Shown here piece by piece: positions 61,071 to 64,000 of a stretch of 64,000 bases of DNA (within the stretch, counting starts at the first letter, position 1; each line of letters begins with the position of its first letter). The DNA is taken from assembly GCA_964016885.1 (NCBI GenBank), contig CAXHJY010000001.1:682001-746000 (forward strand), given 5' to 3'. The notes beneath the pieces are model-generated. The model was not told the DNA's origin. It searched no databases and saw only the letters and a program-made list of their open reading frames with translations. Source of the stretch: Eledone cirrhosa. Taxonomy: Eukaryota. A program made the translations under genes and the position numbers.

Positions 61071-61408
61071 ATGGCTTAGTGGTTAGAGCATTGGCCTTGC
61101 AATCGAAAGGTTGTGAGTTCAATTCTCAAACCAGGTGATGTGTTGTTTCCTTGAGCAAGACACTTTATTTCACATTGCTCCAGTTTACTCAGCTGTAGAA
61201 ATGAGATGATAGGGATTGCGGTCCCTATCATTCCACTGCAAAGTGGTCGTGGAGGTGCCACAGCAAAAAAGCACCCAGCACTCACTGTAAATAAGGTTGG
61301 TGGTAGGAAGGGCATCCAGCTGTAGAAATCAAGCCAGAATCAGTTTCCGTCCCACCCTCGCAACCAGGGAAAAGTGGACGTAAAATGATGATGATGATGA
61401 TGATGATA
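61071..61408 (+). mobile_element. tRNA-derived SINE with RTE-derived 3' end
   Basis: TGGCTTAGTGG A-box, GAGTTCAATTC B-box, RTE-like 3' UTR and (GAT)n tail. Confidence 0.85.
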
Positions 61409-61502
61409 CATATATATGTATATATATACATATACATAAAACTCTTATCTTATTGAGCCCTCTCTAGATTTTGGTCTTTGTATTTATTATTAACTACTCT
61501 CT

Positions 61503-61578
<76 letters not shown>

Positions 61579-61794
61579 GTGCTGCTGCTGCTGACATTCT
61601 TAATGATAAAGAAGAAGATATACATTTCATTTTTTTAATGTTTTCTTTAATGTTTTCTTACAGTGTCACATGAAGCAATTTCTCTGGTCTCACATTTTCA
61701 AAATTCAAATAATGTCTACCATGTAAAATATGAAAATATCAGAAATTAATGTGAATTATTAAATATATTTAGACTTCCATATTTTTATTTTCAG

Positions 61795-61932
61795 TCTGTA
61801 AAACAGGTAAATTTGGAGCCAACTGTAAATACACATGTCACTGCGCAGATAACAGCAGGTGTAACAAAGAGACAGGTGTGTGTTCAGGTGGAGGATGTGC
61901 TGCTGGTTATGAAGGTAGCAACTGTCAAACAG
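61795..61932 (+). CDS. EGF-like exon (138 bp, phase 1-1)
   Basis: CAG|..CKTGKFGANCKYTCHCADNSRCNKETGVCSGGGCAAGYEGSNCQT|GTAAGT. Confidence 0.92.
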
Positions 61933-62223
61933 GTAAGTACTGTAGTACAGATTTGTTTCTAACTTGATATATGAAACAAAACAACAGCAGGTGTAAAAAA
62001 ACAGACAGAGACAGGTGTGATGCTGGTTATGATGATATAGATATAATACAGATGATATAGATATAATACAGATGATATAGATATAATACAGATGATTAGA
62101 TATAATATATAGGATATAGATATCATATAGGTTGTAGAGATATAGTATAGATGATAGATGACAACACTATATCATCATCATCTTCGTATAACGTACATCT
62201 TCCACACCAGCATGGGTTAGACT

Positions 62224-62548
62224 CATCATCATTTTACGTTCGCTTTTCCCTGCTTGCAAGGGTGGGACGGAAACTGATTCTGGCTTGATTTCTACAGCTG
62301 GATGTCCTTCCTAACACCAACCTTATTTACAGTGAGTAGTGGGTGCTTTTTTGCCATGGCACCTCCACGACCACTTTACAGTGGAATGATAGGGACCCCA
62401 GTCCCTATCATCTCATTTCTACAGCTGAGTAAACTGGAGCAATGTGAAATAAAGTGTCTTGCTCAAGGAAACAACACATCACCCGGTCTGAGAATTGAAC
62501 TCACAACCTTTCAATTGCAAGGCCAATGCTCTAACCATTAAGCCATGT
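62224..62548 (-). mobile_element. Same SINE family as 61071-61408, opposite orientation
   Basis: Reverse complement aligns over its whole length. Confidence 0.85.
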
Positions 62549-62647
62549 GCCACCATATATATAGATGATATAATTATGATATTTATTATCTTGTATAGTG
62601 TTATATGTTGCTGTAATTGTCATTGTTCTCATATTTTATACCCACAG

Positions 62648-62784
62648 TCTGTAAACAGGTAAATTTGGACCCAACTGTAAATACACATGTCACTGTGCTG
62701 ATAACAGCAGGTGTAACAAAGAGACAGGTGTGTGTTCTAGTGGAGGATGTGCTGCTGGTTATGAAGGTAGCAACTGTCAGACAG
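62648..62784 (+). CDS. EGF-like exon duplicate with 1-bp deletion in an A-run (137 bp)
   Basis: TCTGTAAACAGG versus TCTGTAAAACAGG in the paralogous exon; splice sites intact. Confidence 0.75.
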
Positions 62785-62947
62785 GTAAGTGGTGTAGTAT
62801 AGCTTTGTTTCTAACTTAATATATTGGGTTATTACATGGAAGGGAAACATGTATGCTACATGTGTTAGAAGTGACATGATTTATCGGAGCAAGGAGCTGT
62901 CCTTCGACCACATACTCATGCAGAACATTCCATATTTTTATTTTCAG

Positions 62948-63102
62948 GGTGTAAAGCAGGTAAATTTGGACCTAACTGTAAACACACATGTCACTGTACT
63001 AACAACAGCAGGTGTAACAAACAGCTAGATGTAACACAGAGACAGGTGTGTGTTCCAGTGAAGTGTGTGGTGATGGTTATGAAGATAGCAACTGTAAGAC
63101 AG
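62948..63102 (+). pseudogene. EGF pseudo-exon (17-bp internal duplication, donor degraded)
   Basis: CKAGKFGPNCKHTCHCTNNSRCN followed by inserted AAACAGCTAGATGTAAC; donor reads GTGTGT. Confidence 0.75.
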
Positions 63103-63304
63103 GTGTGTTACAGTAGAGGGTGTGGTGCTGGTTATGAAGAAGTGGTACATAGTTTCTGTTACTTGCAGTGGATGAAGGTGTTCTGAAAGCACAGTAGCCA
63201 GTGTGAGAATGGGTTGAAGAAAGGTCAGTGAGCTACTAAATCCCCACCCCTCACCCATGCCCCTAAATCTACCTCCTCAATCCCCATGCAACTGCCCCAC
63301 TCAA

Positions 63305-63775
63305 GTCCCCAGTCCACACTGTAAAGTGGTTGAGATAGTGCCACAACGAAAATGCCCAGCCCACACTGTAAAGTGGTCATGTTGGTGACACAAAATGTGC
63401 CCAGCCCTCATTGTAAAGTGGTTGTGATAGTGCCACAACAAAAATGCCCAGCCCACACTATAAAGTGCTTGTGATAGTGCCACAACAAAAAGTGCCCAGC
63501 ACACACTGTAAAATGGTTGTGATAATGCCACAACAAAAAGTGCTCAGCTCTCATTGTAAAGTGGTCAAGTTGGTGACACAACAAAAAGTGCCCAGTCCAC
63601 ACTGTAAAGTGGTTGGCATTTGGAAGGGCATCCAGCCATCAAAACCAATCCCAAATCAGTTCTGCATAAGCAAGACATGGCCATCTGACCCAACTTTTCT
63701 CACAATGGGACAGTATATCTAACCCATGCTAGCATAGAAAATGGACATTAAATGGTAATGATGAAGATGATGATT
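63305..63775 (+). mobile_element. RTE 3' UTR with ~48-bp internal tandem repeats (about six or seven)
   Basis: Repeated CCCAGCCCACACTGTAAAGTGGT...GTGCCACAACAAAAA, then the standard 3' end. Confidence 0.75.
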
Positions 63776-63836
63776 ATCTTGTATAGTGTTATATGTTGTT
63801 GTTGTTGTCATTGTTCTAATATTTTTATTTCCACAG

Positions 63837-63974
63837 TCTGTAGAAATGGTATATTTGGAGCCAACTGTGGCAACACATGTCACTGCGTTGACAACAGTAA
63901 ATGTAACAAACAGACAGGTGTGTGTTCTAGGGGAGGATGTACTGCTGGTTATGAAGGTAGCAACTGTCAGACAG
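63837..63974 (+). CDS. EGF-like exon (138 bp, phase 1-1)
   Basis: CAG|..CRNGIFGANCGNTCHCVDNSKCNKQTGVCSRGGCTAGYEGSNCQT|GTAAGT. Confidence 0.92.
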
Positions 63975-64000
63975 GTAAGTGGTGTAGTATAGCTTTGTTT

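Noticed and set aside
61071-61140. tRNA gene
   Set aside because: tRNA-like SINE head continuing into a SINE body; no complete acceptor stem seen. The same applies to the other SINE heads.

Overview
This is eukaryotic, AT-rich, repeat-saturated animal DNA. The SINE/LINE repertoire and the C2H2 finger type suggest a coleoid cephalopod such as octopus (inference). Two host genes are visible. One is a decayed C2H2 zinc-finger gene (- strand, ~5.4-6.3 kb). The other is a multi-exon + strand gene (exons from 30163 to the window end) encoding a fucolectin/F-type-lectin-like domain and many Cys-rich EGF/laminin-EGF-like modules on symmetric phase 1-1 exons; the last five exons are recent tandem duplicates. 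The rest is mobile DNA: a hAT transposon with an 8-bp TSD, a gag/protease-deleted Ty3/Gypsy element, many RTE-clade LINEs with a PHD-like finger inside the RT region, an RT-deleted Tx1/L1-clade LINE, a deleted Helitron, tRNA-derived SINEs, and a TTAA-flanked piggyBac-like MITE family whose interior expands into satellite arrays up to ~4 kb. Four observations stand out: (1) eight Penelope-type type I hammerhead ribozyme motifs (some defective), including a tandem pair with a palindromic stem III and a U3-A8 covariant core; (2) a Tx1-clade LINE inside the internal tandem repeat of a TTAA MITE, echoing Xenopus Tx1L/Tx1D; (3) an exon with an ATAAGT rather than GTAAGT donor; (4) a birth-and-death array of 138-bp EGF exons. 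All coordinates were read by eye; edges of degenerate repeats are approximate.
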